A DNA stretch of 64,000 bases from Solirubrobacterales bacterium. GTDB lineage: Bacteria; Actinomycetota; Thermoleophilia; Solirubrobacterales; Solirubrobacteraceae. Position numbers and translations under genes: made by a program. The DNA lies in assembly GCA_038199035.1 (NCBI GenBank), contig JBBPZM010000061.1:3995-67994 (forward strand), given 5' to 3'. The notes below the pieces were generated by a model that did not search any database, was not told the origin of the DNA, and was given only the letters and a program-made list of their open reading frames with translations. Below, in pieces: positions 27,348 to 36,253 of this stretch (positions are counted from its first letter, which is position 1; each line of letters opens with the position of its first letter).

Positions 27348-28271
27348 TCAGGCGGCCAGCGCCGAGGCCGCGATCGCCCAGGCGACGACGATCGCCGTCC
27401 CCCATGCGACCGCCGCCGCGGCGGTGCGCACGCGCAGGCCGTAGACGTGGGCGACGGCCAGGGCGTTGATCCCGCAGGGCATGGCCATGAGCAGGGCGTA
27501 GGCGCGCGGGAGCTCGATGAGCGGCGCGGCCAGTCCGATCAGCAGTCCCGGGGCAACCGCCAGGCGCAGGACGAGCGCGACGCCGACGGCAGGGGTGATC
27601 GGCGGGGGGAAGCGCACGGCGCCCTCCTCCGCCTCCTCGGCCAGCAGGGCCCCGACCGCGAAGAAGCCGAGGGGGAGGATGGCCAGGACGGCGAGGCGCG
27701 AAGCGTGGACGAGGGCGTCCGGCGCCAGCCGGTCGGGCGCGGCCAGGCCGGCCACCGCCGCGATCAGCGGTGGGTTGCGGGTGAAGAAAGCACGGGCCCG
27801 CTCGGCCGCCCCGCGGCCGGCGCGGTCCCCGAAGGCGGCCCCGACCGCGAAGCCCGCGCCCCACAGCAGCGGACCACCGACGAGGACGTCGTAGGCCACG
27901 GCCTCGCCGAGGTGACCCCCGCCCAGCAGCGCGACCGTGAGGGGCAGCCCCAGGTAGCCGGTGTTGGCGAGGATGGAGGCCAGCACGACGGCGCCGGTCT
28001 GCGGCCGCGGGAGCCTCAGCGCGCGCCGCGCGACCAGCCAGGCGAGGACGCCGGTGATCGCCAGGGCGAGGTAGGCGAGCAGGATTCCTCCACCCACGTC
28101 GGCCGTCACCCGCAGCCGGGCGATGTTGAAGAAGGTGACGAACGGCAGCAGGCCGAAGAGCACCGCGGCCAGGACGCCGCGCGCCACCCGGTGAGCGCGC
28201 CGCCCGATCAGGCGCTCCAGCGCCACGCCGGCGGCCACCGACACGGCGATGGCCGCTGCCACCGCGGTCAC
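27348..28271 (-). CDS. AEC-family (auxin efflux carrier-type) membrane transporter
   Basis: Within ORF 27348..28424 the GTG at 28271 overlaps the galT-like stop (GTGA). It is about 307 aa with around 10 TM helices. The motif 'SILANTGYLGLPL' is typical of the Mem_trans family. Confidence 0.75.
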   Translation of the reverse strand: MTAVAAAIAVSVAAGVALERLIGRRAHRVARGVLAAVLFGLLPFVTFFNIARLRVTADVGGGILLAYLALAITGVLAWLVARRALRLPRPQTGAVVLASILANTGYLGLPLTVALLGGGHLGEAVAYDVLVGGPLLWGAGFAVGAAFGDRAGRGAAERARAFFTRNPPLIAAVAGLAAPDRLAPDALVHASRLAVLAILPLGFFAVGALLAEEAEEGAVRFPPPITPAVGVALVLRLAVAPGLLIGLAAPLIELPRAYALLMAMPCGINALAVAHVYGLRVRTAAAAVAWGTAIVVAWAIAASALAA

Positions 28272-29248
28272 ACGTCGCGCAGCTCGGTGGCCACGGTCTC
28301 GGGCGAGACGACGTTGAGGTGCACGCCGGCGCCGAGCTCGAGCCCGGCGAAGTGGGTGAGGCGCGGGACGATGTCGATGCGCCAGCAGAAGTGCTCCGCG
28401 CCCCGGGGCGCCGTTCGCACCCACAGGTTGAGCGGGGGCGCTGCGCCGAGCCGCCGGGCCAGCCGGGTCAGTGCGTCGTGCAGGAGCCGCGCGCCGGTGG
28501 GGCCGTGGTCCTCAAAGCGCATCCGCGGGCGGCGCGGGGCGAGCATGAGCTGGTAGGGCAGCCGCGCCCCAAACGGGGCCAGCAGCACCGCCTCGTCGTC
28601 GACGGTGACCAGGCGCTCGCGCAGCTTGACCTCCTCGGCCACCAGGTCCTCCAGCAGGTTGCCGCCCATGGTCCGCGTGGCGTGCGCGCCGAAGCGCTCG
28701 CGCTCACGCGCCACCGCGGCGGGCACGAAGCCCAGGGCGTAGAGCTGCGCGTGGGTGTGGGGAAGCGAGGCGCCGGCCTCCCGGCGCTCGTTGACGATCA
28801 GATGCACGTAGTCGGCGTCGGCATGCGCCCGCATGCGCTCGCACCAGACCTCGACCGCCACCTCCACCTGCGCGACCGGGAGGTCGGACAGGCTCGTCAC
28901 CGGCTCGGGGGAGTTGACGATCACCTCGTGCGCTCCGGTGGCCGGCTGGGCGAAGAACAGGTCGGGCTGGGCGAAGGCCTGGGGCTGCGGGCTGGTCGGG
29001 TCGAGCGCCGGATAGAGGTTGGGCACGACCCTCACTGTCCAGCCGGGCGAGTCCGGCGGGCCGCCGCTGGGCCGCACGGCGTGGAGCTCCGGCGGCGTGC
29101 GCTCCTCGTGGCCCTCGGCGAAGGGGTCGGTCGCCGGGTCCACGGGCTCGGCCGGCTCGGCCCTGAGCCCGCCCCCGGGCCGGCCCGCCCGGTCGCCCGC
29201 GACGATCGACCGATGCCCCGAGAGGGGATCGACGCGGATCTCAGGCAC
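28268..29248 (-). CDS. galT: Galactose-1-phosphate uridylyltransferase-family (HIT-type nucleotidyltransferase) protein
   Basis: Within ORF 28268..29566 there is an in-frame GTG at 29248 ('VPEIRVDPLSGHRSIV'). Motifs are 'VVPNLYPAL', 'GAHEVIV' and the active-site 'HTHAQLY'. The N-terminal Cys zinc motif of classical GalT is replaced by 'DPFAEGHE', so the exact substrate is uncertain. Confidence 0.65.
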   Translation of the reverse strand: MPEIRVDPLSGHRSIVAGDRAGRPGGGLRAEPAEPVDPATDPFAEGHEERTPPELHAVRPSGGPPDSPGWTVRVVPNLYPALDPTSPQPQAFAQPDLFFAQPATGAHEVIVNSPEPVTSLSDLPVAQVEVAVEVWCERMRAHADADYVHLIVNERREAGASLPHTHAQLYALGFVPAAVARERERFGAHATRTMGGNLLEDLVAEEVKLRERLVTVDDEAVLLAPFGARLPYQLMLAPRRPRMRFEDHGPTGARLLHDALTRLARRLGAAPPLNLWVRTAPRGAEHFCWRIDIVPRLTHFAGLELGAGVHLNVVSPETVATELRDV

Positions 29249-29307
29249 GGGCGTTCTCCGCGGACCGTCGAGGTCGCTCGCCGGTGCTGAGCCGGCCCAC
29301 GCGGATC

Positions 29308-29754
29308 TCAGACAAGTCGCTTGTCCATGGCCACGTGCTCGATGCCCGCCTCCTCGAAGGCGTCGCCCCGGGTGGTGAAGCCGGCCGAGGAGTACATGGC
29401 CGAGGCGTGCGACTGCGCGTGCAGGGCCATGCGCCGCGCTCCCGCCTCGCGCGCCTCCTCCTCGGCGCCGAGCAGAAGCGCCCGGCCGATCCCGCGAGCG
29501 CGGGCGGCGGGCGCGACGGCCAGGCGACCGAGCTTGGCCGTGTCGCCATCGACGAGCAGGCGGCACGTGCCTACCACCACGCCGTCCTGGATCGCCACCA
29601 GGTGCCGCGCTGCGTCGTCACGTCCGTCGCGCTCGAGCTCCAGGGCCACGCCCTGCTCGCCGCAGAACACCGTTTCCCGGAGACCGAGGGCGGCTCGAAG
29701 CTCGGCCGCGCTGCGCGGCGAGCGGATGGCGATAGCAGCGGGCTCGCGGGACAC
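29308..29754 (-). CDS. GNAT-family N-acetyltransferase
   Basis: 148-aa ORF. It has 'VVGTCRLL' and the acetyl-CoA motif 'RLAVAPAARARGIGRALLLGAEEEA', followed by 'LHAQSHASAMYSSAGF'. Confidence 0.85.
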   Translation of the reverse strand: MSREPAAIAIRSPRSAAELRAALGLRETVFCGEQGVALELERDGRDDAARHLVAIQDGVVVGTCRLLVDGDTAKLGRLAVAPAARARGIGRALLLGAEEEAREAGARRMALHAQSHASAMYSSAGFTTRGDAFEEAGIEHVAMDKRLV

Positions 29755-29999
29755 CGAGCGGGAGCCTAGAGCGGGCGCAACGTACGAGCCACGGTGGAGA
29801 CCGGGATGCCGTCGCCACGAGTGACATCGGTCGCGGGTAGGCGGCGCACCCGGTGGATGGCGACACGCAACCAGGGCCCGCCGAGGGTTGCGAAAGAGGC
29901 ACCGCGGCTGCGCGTGACGCGCGTGGCGCGCCCTGCCGTCCGGCTTGGGTGTATGCTGAAAAGCCCTTACGAGCGGTGAGGCCAGAGCATCGGTCCGCC

Positions 30000-30031
30000 G
30001 CGACTCTCAGCCCACTGGCGCCGAGAGTCGC
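30000..30031 (+). promoter_or_regulatory. Perfect 9-bp stem hairpin in the helicase 5' leader
   Basis: Arms gcgactctc / gagagtcgc with a 14-nt loop. It ends 46 nt before the helicase ATG (30078), within a 323-nt non-coding spacer. Confidence 0.35.
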
Positions 30032-30077
30032 ATCCTGACTCCGCGGCCTCCCGCGCTTCGAAGCACCAAGCCGTCCC

Positions 30078-33000
30078 ATGGCTGATCCCACGCCAGCGGC
30101 CGCGCAGGCCGCGACGCTTCCCGATCCCGCCGACATCGAGCGGGCCGGTGAGTTCACCCGTGAGGAGTTCGTCCACGAGGGCGAGCGCCCGGAAGAGGTC
30201 CTGGGCGCGGGAACGGCCCGGCGGCGGGCGCTCGACTCCGCACTGGCCGAGATCGAGGCCGGGGGCAAGCGGCCCTCGGTCCAGTGGCGGCGCAACTTCT
30301 CCCTGCTGCTGGGCCTCGAGCGCCTACTGGCGCAGGACGATCCGGCTCTGACCGACGGGACCGAGCTCACCGGCCACCAGGTCGACGCGCTCTCGGGGAC
30401 CCTGATCGCGCTGACCGCCGAGGAGCAGCGCCAGGCCGCCAACGGGCACGTCAACGGCGGCGGTCAGTCGACGGCGGGCGGGGGCGGCTCCGGCCGCCGG
30501 TCGTCGCCGAGCGACGAGGATGGCGCCCCGGCCGGAGGGAACGGCCGCGCCGCCGCGCCGATGGCCGCCGCCCGGTCCACCACGACGGCGACCCTCGACG
30601 AGGTCGACGAAAGCGAAGACGCCCAGGCCGGCACCGTGGAAGACGTGGCGGCGCCCGAAGCCCCTCACGCCGATCCCGACGCGGACCCCGAGGCCGATGT
30701 CGACACCAGCGCCGACGCCGACGCCGACGCTGACGCCGATACTGACGCCGACGCCCACGCCGACAGCGAAGCCGACCCCGACGCCGCCCTGGGGCTCCCC
30801 GACACCGACGCCGAGCTCGACCCCGACCCCGACCCCGACGACGTCGAGCCCGACGAGGAGCCCCAGGACTGGGAGGAGGCCGACCTCGACCCCGACGCAC
30901 AGCTGCCCGAGGCACCCGAGGACCCCAACGCCGCCCGGCGGTTCTGGTTCGAGCATGCCACCGGATCGGGCAAGACCGTCGCCGCGCTGGGCTTCGTCGA
31001 GGCCTCGCGCACCGGTGGGGTCCTGATCCTCACCCACCGACGCAACCTCGTCGACCAGTTCAACGGCGAGCTGCGTGACCGCGGCTATGCCAAGCGCATC
31101 TCGCCCGCGCTGCTCGACGGCGAGGACCCGCTCGCCAAGGGATCGAAAGCCACCCTCGGCCCGGTCACCGTCGAGACCTACCAGTGGTTCGTGCGCAACG
31201 CCGGCAAGGTTTCCGACGCCTACACGATCGTCATCTGCGACGAGGCGCACACCGCCCTGGGGGAGAAGACCAGCGCGTCGATCCGCAACTGGGCGGGACC
31301 GGTGTTCATCGGCATGACGGCCACCGGCGCGCTGATCGCCCGCCACGTCACCGACCTCTTCCCGACCCAGACCTCCCGCTTCGACCTCGCCCAGGCGGCG
31401 CGGCGAGGGGTCATCGCCCCCTTGCGCTGCATCCGGATCCCGCCAGGGCCGGGCGTTCGCACGATCGCCAAGGTCCCGCTGCGTCGCGGCGAGGTCGACA
31501 CCGAGTTCGACCAGGAGATGCTGGCCGAGCTGCTCGACCAGCACCCGTTCAACCTCGCCGTGGCCGACCTCTACAAGACGCGCTTCAACAACGTCCCCGG
31601 CGTGGTCTACGCCGCGGGCGTCAAGCACGCCTACAACGTGGCCGAGGCGATGCGCGCGAGCGGGCTCAAGGCCCAGGGCGTGTCGGGGGAGACGCCCAAG
31701 CGCGAACTGGCCCGCATCCTCGCCGCCTACGAGCGCGGCGAGATCGACGTGCTGGTCAACGCCCAGCTGCTGGCCGAGGGGTGGAACTCGCCGCGGGCCA
31801 CCCTCTGCATGCACCTCGCGCCCACCGCCTCCAAGCGCATCTACCAGCAGCGCGTGGGCCGCGTGACCCGCCGCCACCCCGGCAAGGAGGCGGGCATCGT
31901 CGTGGACTTCGTCCATCCCGGCACCCGCCACGACGACCCGGTGGTCACGCTGCACTCGCTGCTCGACCGTGACGTCTACCGCGGCGGGGCGATCGTGGTC
32001 GGGCCGGTGCGCCGCGGGCGTGGCCGCCGCGTGCGCGTCGAGCGCCGCGTGCTCCCGGTGACGCCCGACCCGCAGCGCCGCGCCGAGGTCTTCGAGCGCG
32101 AGCTGTGGCGCATCGCCGTCGAGCACCTCGACTACGGCGAGCAGCACGTGTGGGCGGCGCTGGCCGGCGCGCGCGTGGCCCCCAACGGCTGGCGCCGAGC
32201 CAAGGCGATGCTCCATTTCGACCGCCAGGGTGAGCTAAAGCGGCGCTTCCTCACCACCGCCGTGCAGCGCAACCGCAACACCCAGCTGCGCGTCCGCGCT
32301 CTCCAGGAGATCGCCGCCGCCCGCGACGCCGAGGCGTTCGACGAGGCGATCGACATCATCGGCACGTGGTCGCGCGACGAGAAGCGCGAGGGAGTCAAGG
32401 TCATGCTCCAGGCGCTGGCCGAGAAGCGCATCGGCCGCCGCGACCAGGCCAGCGCATGGATCTGGCGCATGGCCGAGTACACCCGCGAGGTCCACGAGGA
32501 GTACGCGGTGCAGCGTTGGCCGGAGACCAAGCGGCTGCTCGGCCTGCTCGTCAACTCCTCGGGCGGCGCCCACGCGCGCAACGCCCGCCGCATCGTGCAC
32601 GCCGCGCGCAAGCAGGACCGGCGGCTGTCCGCGGCGCTGCTGGCCGCCGCGCTGGCCCATACGCCCGAGGCCCAGCAGGCGCTGGACGGCGCGCGGACCC
32701 GCATGGCCCGCAAGCCCTCGGCGCTGGCCCGCGAGCTGCTGCGCAACTTCCCCAAGGGACGGCGGGGACGCACCCGCGGCCGGCGGCGTAAGCCGGCCGC
32801 GGTGGGCGCGTCGGCTTCCGGCAACGGCCGCCCGACGAGCGCCCTCAAGCCGGGTCCCGAGGCCGAGGTGGTCCAGGGGTCCCTGACCGAGACGGACGGG
32901 TCGACCGACGCGGAGGCCGCGGCCGACGGGCCCGGGGATGCGCCGCTCGAGCCGGCCGGCCGCGATGACCTCGACGACGCCGTCGAGGACGCCCTCGACG

Positions 33001-33107
33001 AGGCGCTCGAGACGGCGGACCCGCCACCGCGGCCTGATCGGGGCGGCGAGCCGGGGCGGGCGGGCCGGCGCGGCCCAGGTCGGGCACCCGCCGCCTCCGA
33101 CCGCTGA
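30078..33107 (+). CDS. Superfamily-2 DEAD/DEAH-type helicase (ResIII + Helicase_C core) with an acidic insertion and a long C-terminal extension
   Basis: 1009-aa ORF. It has motif I 'HATGSGKTVAAL', motif II 'VICDEAHTA' and motif III 'IGMTATG'. Motifs V/VI are 'LVNAQLLAEGWNSP' and 'YQQRVGRVTRR'. A 'LTGHQVDALSG' element lies about 170 aa upstream of motif I. Confidence 0.88.
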   Translation: MADPTPAAAQAATLPDPADIERAGEFTREEFVHEGERPEEVLGAGTARRRALDSALAEIEAGGKRPSVQWRRNFSLLLGLERLLAQDDPALTDGTELTGHQVDALSGTLIALTAEEQRQAANGHVNGGGQSTAGGGGSGRRSSPSDEDGAPAGGNGRAAAPMAAARSTTTATLDEVDESEDAQAGTVEDVAAPEAPHADPDADPEADVDTSADADADADADTDADAHADSEADPDAALGLPDTDAELDPDPDPDDVEPDEEPQDWEEADLDPDAQLPEAPEDPNAARRFWFEHATGSGKTVAALGFVEASRTGGVLILTHRRNLVDQFNGELRDRGYAKRISPALLDGEDPLAKGSKATLGPVTVETYQWFVRNAGKVSDAYTIVICDEAHTALGEKTSASIRNWAGPVFIGMTATGALIARHVTDLFPTQTSRFDLAQAARRGVIAPLRCIRIPPGPGVRTIAKVPLRRGEVDTEFDQEMLAELLDQHPFNLAVADLYKTRFNNVPGVVYAAGVKHAYNVAEAMRASGLKAQGVSGETPKRELARILAAYERGEIDVLVNAQLLAEGWNSPRATLCMHLAPTASKRIYQQRVGRVTRRHPGKEAGIVVDFVHPGTRHDDPVVTLHSLLDRDVYRGGAIVVGPVRRGRGRRVRVERRVLPVTPDPQRRAEVFERELWRIAVEHLDYGEQHVWAALAGARVAPNGWRRAKAMLHFDRQGELKRRFLTTAVQRNRNTQLRVRALQEIAAARDAEAFDEAIDIIGTWSRDEKREGVKVMLQALAEKRIGRRDQASAWIWRMAEYTREVHEEYAVQRWPETKRLLGLLVNSSGGAHARNARRIVHAARKQDRRLSAALLAAALAHTPEAQQALDGARTRMARKPSALARELLRNFPKGRRGRTRGRRRKPAAVGASASGNGRPTSALKPGPEAEVVQGSLTETDGSTDAEAAADGPGDAPLEPAGRDDLDDAVEDALDEALETADPPPRPDRGGEPGRAGRRGPGRAPAASDR
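30667..30845 (+). repeat. Imperfect GAC-GCC hexanucleotide/trinucleotide coding repeats (Asp-Ala/Asp-Pro tract)
   Basis: The DNA reads 'gccgacgccgacgccgacgctgacgccgatactgacgccgacgcccacgccgac...'. This encodes 'DADPEADVDTSADADADADADTDADAHADSEADPDA...DPDPDPDD'. Confidence 0.85.
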
Positions 33108-33299
33108 CCTCGAGCGTCGAACGGCCAATTCCGGGGGCTCGTCGAGCGCCCTGCGGCTCTGTTGAGACCGTCTTAAGGTTCCGCTGAGGTACGCCGAAAC
33201 CCCGGGCTTGGCCCTATATTGCCCTGCCTGTAGCCAATACCGGGGTTGTCAAGGGACCGTTCGGGCCGCGCTCGGACGGTCGGCATCGATCGAGAGGGC
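33108..33299 (+). promoter_or_regulatory. Non-coding leader/promoter region of the mce operon
   Basis: This 192-nt spacer is visibly less GC-rich ('ttgagaccgtcttaaggttcc', 'ccctatattgccc'). It contains an imperfect hairpin (gaccgttcgg...ctcggacggtc). A Shine-Dalgarno-like 'gagaggg' lies directly before the ATG at 33300. The exact -10/-35 elements were not assignable. Confidence 0.45.
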
Positions 33300-34694
33300 A
33301 TGGAGAGGTCCAACATCATCGCGCGCGTAGCGGCTGGGGCAGCCATCGCGGTCGCGGTCGTCGTCGTCGTGGTCCTCCTGCTCCGGGGCGCTTCGCCCTA
33401 CACCGTCAAGGCCGACTTCATCAGCGCCAGCCAGCTGGTCAAGGGCAACAACGTCCAGGTCTCGGGAGCCCCCGCGGGCACCGTCCAGGACATCACGCTC
33501 ACGCCCAACGGGCAGGCTCAGATCACGATGAAGATCGACAGCCCGTACGCCCCGCTCAAGAAGGGGACGCGAGCGATCGTCCGCCAGGCCTCCCTCTCGG
33601 GCGAGGCCAACCGCTACGTCGACCTCCAGCTGGGCTCGGGGACCGGCAAGAACATCCCCAACGGCGGGACGATCTCCTCCGAGCAGACCGAGTCGTCGGT
33701 CGACCTGGACCAGTTATTCGACCTGCTGGGCCCGCGCGAGCGGGCCGCGGCGCGCAAGGACATCACGGGCTTCGCCGAGACCTACGCCGGCCGAGCCGAC
33801 ATGGCCAACCGGGCCTTCCACTACCTCACCCCCGAGCTGGCCAGCTCGAGTCGGCTCTTCTCCGAGGTCAACCGCGACTCCGGCAGCCTGCGGCGCTTCA
33901 TCGACGAGAGCTCGCGCCTGTTCTCCGACGTGGCCGAGCGCAACACCGACGTGACCGGCTTGGTCGACCACCTGGCCACCGTCAACTCCGCGCTGGCCGC
34001 CCAGCGCGCGGACGTGCAGGCGAGCATCCACCAGCTGCCGTCGTTCATGCGCAAGGCCAACACGACCTTCGTGAACCTGCGCGCCACCCTCGACGACCTC
34101 GATCCGCTCGTCGCCTCGTCCAAGCCGGTGGTGCGCAAGCTGCGCCCGTTCTTCGCTCAGCTGCGCCCGTTCGCGGCCGAGGCGGTCCCCACCGTGCGCG
34201 ACCTCTCCACGACGATCCAGCAGCCGGGCGACGCCAACGACCTGATCGACCTGCTCGAGGTCCAGCCGCCGCTCGACAAGATCGCCAACGGGCCGGTCCG
34301 GGTCCACGGGAAGACGCGCCGGGGCGCCTTCCCGGAGTCGATCGACGCCTTCCAGCAGGGCGGCCAGGAGCTCGCCTTCGCGCGGCCCTACGCGCCCGAC
34401 CTGACCGGCTGGTTCGACGACTTCTCGCGCAGCGGCCAGTACGACGCGCTCGGCGGCTTCAGCCGCGCCGGCCTGGCGCTGAGCGCGCTGACCTTCTCGC
34501 CGCTGCTGCCCACCGGCGGGATCCTGCCCGTCCCGCCGATCCTGCGCCAGAAGGTCTTCCTGGCCAACGTCGACACCAAGCGCAACAGCCGCTGCCCCGG
34601 CTCGATCGAGCGCGACCACGGCGACAACTCGACGCCCTACAAGCCCTACAGCAGCTTCGACTGCGACCCCAGTCAGGTGCCGATCGGGCCGTGA
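33300..34694 (+). CDS. Mce/MlaD-domain protein 1 of 6
   Basis: ATG at 33300 within ORF 33246..34694. It has the TM 'IIARVAAGAAIAVAVVVVVVLLL' and the MlaD motif 'YTVKADFISASQLVKGNNVQVSGAPAGTVQDI...IVRQASLSGEANRYVDLQLG'. Confidence 0.92.
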   Translation: MERSNIIARVAAGAAIAVAVVVVVVLLLRGASPYTVKADFISASQLVKGNNVQVSGAPAGTVQDITLTPNGQAQITMKIDSPYAPLKKGTRAIVRQASLSGEANRYVDLQLGSGTGKNIPNGGTISSEQTESSVDLDQLFDLLGPRERAAARKDITGFAETYAGRADMANRAFHYLTPELASSSRLFSEVNRDSGSLRRFIDESSRLFSDVAERNTDVTGLVDHLATVNSALAAQRADVQASIHQLPSFMRKANTTFVNLRATLDDLDPLVASSKPVVRKLRPFFAQLRPFAAEAVPTVRDLSTTIQQPGDANDLIDLLEVQPPLDKIANGPVRVHGKTRRGAFPESIDAFQQGGQELAFARPYAPDLTGWFDDFSRSGQYDALGGFSRAGLALSALTFSPLLPTGGILPVPPILRQKVFLANVDTKRNSRCPGSIERDHGDNSTPYKPYSSFDCDPSQVPIGP

Positions 34695-36253
34695 GACGAC
34701 TGATCGTCACCGGCTTGGTGGTGGCGGCCGCGGTGGTCGTCGGCGTCGTCGGCCTCGGGGCCTCGCAGAGCCAGAGTCAGAGCTCGCAGACCGGCACCTA
34801 CAAGGTGGCGCTCGACAACGCCTTCGGCCTCATCAAGGGGGTCGACGTCAAGGTGGCCGGCGTGCGCGCAGGCAAGGTCTCGGACCTCACCGTTCGCCCG
34901 TCCGACGACCGTGCGCTGGTCACGATCCAGCTCAACCAGCCCGGCTTCACCTCGTTTCGCTCCGACGTCTTCTGCGAGGTGCGTCCGCAGTCGCTGATCG
35001 GCGAGTACTTCCTCGACTGCCAGCCCGGCCACCGGGGACGCGTCCTTCCCCCCGGCTCCACCGTGCCGGTGACCCACACCGCGACGACGATCCCCGCCGA
35101 CCTCGTCGGGAACATCCTGCGCCGCCCCTACCGCGAGCGGCTGCGGCTGATCTTCAGCGAGCTGGGAGTCGGCCTGGCCTCCCGCGGGCCGGACCTCAAC
35201 GAGACGATCCGCCGCGCCGTCCCGGCGCTGCGCGAGACCAACCGGGTGCTCGACATCCTCGACCACAACCGTTTCGTCATCCAGCAGCTCACGCGCAACG
35301 CCGACACCGTGCTCTTCCGCCTGTCGGGCAACCGGCGCAACCTCGCCCGCTTCGTCTCCGAGGCGCGCGACACCGCCGCCGTCTCGGCCACCCACCGCGT
35401 CGCGCTGAAGTCGACCTTCCGCAAGCTGCCCGGCTTCCTGCGCCAGCTGCGCCCCACGCTGCGCGACCTGGGCACCGCCGCCACCCGGCAGACTCCGGCG
35501 CTGCGCGACCTGCGCGCCAGCGCGCCGCAGCTCACCACCTTCCTCCAGCGGCTCGGGCCCTTCGCCGAGGTCTCGCGCCCGGCCATCCGCACGCTGGGCT
35601 CCGCATCGGTGGTCGGCAGCAAGGTCGCCGTCGACGCGCGCCCCACGGTCGCCCAGCTGCGCCAGTTCACCGGCCCGGCGCCCGAGCTTGCGCAGAACCT
35701 CGCAATCGTCCTGCGCCACCTCGACGACCGCGACAACGCGGTCGAGCGTGACCCCCGCAGCCCCGGCGGCCAGGGCTACACCGGCCTGGAGGCGCTGCTC
35801 CAGTACCCGTTCGACCAGGCGCTGGCGATCAACTCCTTTACGAAGTTCAGCCACCAGCTGACGATCAACCTCATCCTCAGCGAGTGCGGGAAGTACACCA
35901 ACGCCAAGACCGCACGCGACGACCCCGCGCGCACCAAGCGCTGTGACCAGTCGCTCGGACCCAACCAGCCGGGCGTCAACCAGAACACCCTCCAGAGCGC
36001 CAACGAGCAGGACGGCGGCAGCCTCGGCCCGCGCGACAGCTCGGGCTCGAGCACCCAGTCCGCGTCCTCGAGCTCCTCGGGCGGGCAGGCCCCGAGCGCG
36101 AGCTCGGCCTCGAGCGGCTCGCAGTCCGCCGATCAGGCGCTGGCCACGCTGCTCAACGCCAACCCGTCGAGTGTCTCGCAGGCCATCGGCCCGTCGCCGG
36201 TCGGCAGCTCGGGCACCACGGCTGACCTCCTCGACTTCCTGATGGCCCCATGA
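34691..36253 (+). CDS. Mce/MlaD-domain protein 2 of 6 (Ser-rich tail)
   Basis: GTGA overlap with the upstream gene. It has a TM and 'YKVALDNAFGLIKGVDVKVAGVRAGKVSDL...VRPQSLIGEYFLDCQPG'. The C-terminus reads 'SSGSSTQSASSSSSGGQAPSASSASSGSQS'. Confidence 0.92.
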   Translation: MRRLIVTGLVVAAAVVVGVVGLGASQSQSQSSQTGTYKVALDNAFGLIKGVDVKVAGVRAGKVSDLTVRPSDDRALVTIQLNQPGFTSFRSDVFCEVRPQSLIGEYFLDCQPGHRGRVLPPGSTVPVTHTATTIPADLVGNILRRPYRERLRLIFSELGVGLASRGPDLNETIRRAVPALRETNRVLDILDHNRFVIQQLTRNADTVLFRLSGNRRNLARFVSEARDTAAVSATHRVALKSTFRKLPGFLRQLRPTLRDLGTAATRQTPALRDLRASAPQLTTFLQRLGPFAEVSRPAIRTLGSASVVGSKVAVDARPTVAQLRQFTGPAPELAQNLAIVLRHLDDRDNAVERDPRSPGGQGYTGLEALLQYPFDQALAINSFTKFSHQLTINLILSECGKYTNAKTARDDPARTKRCDQSLGPNQPGVNQNTLQSANEQDGGSLGPRDSSGSSTQSASSSSSGGQAPSASSASSGSQSADQALATLLNANPSSVSQAIGPSPVGSSGTTADLLDFLMAP

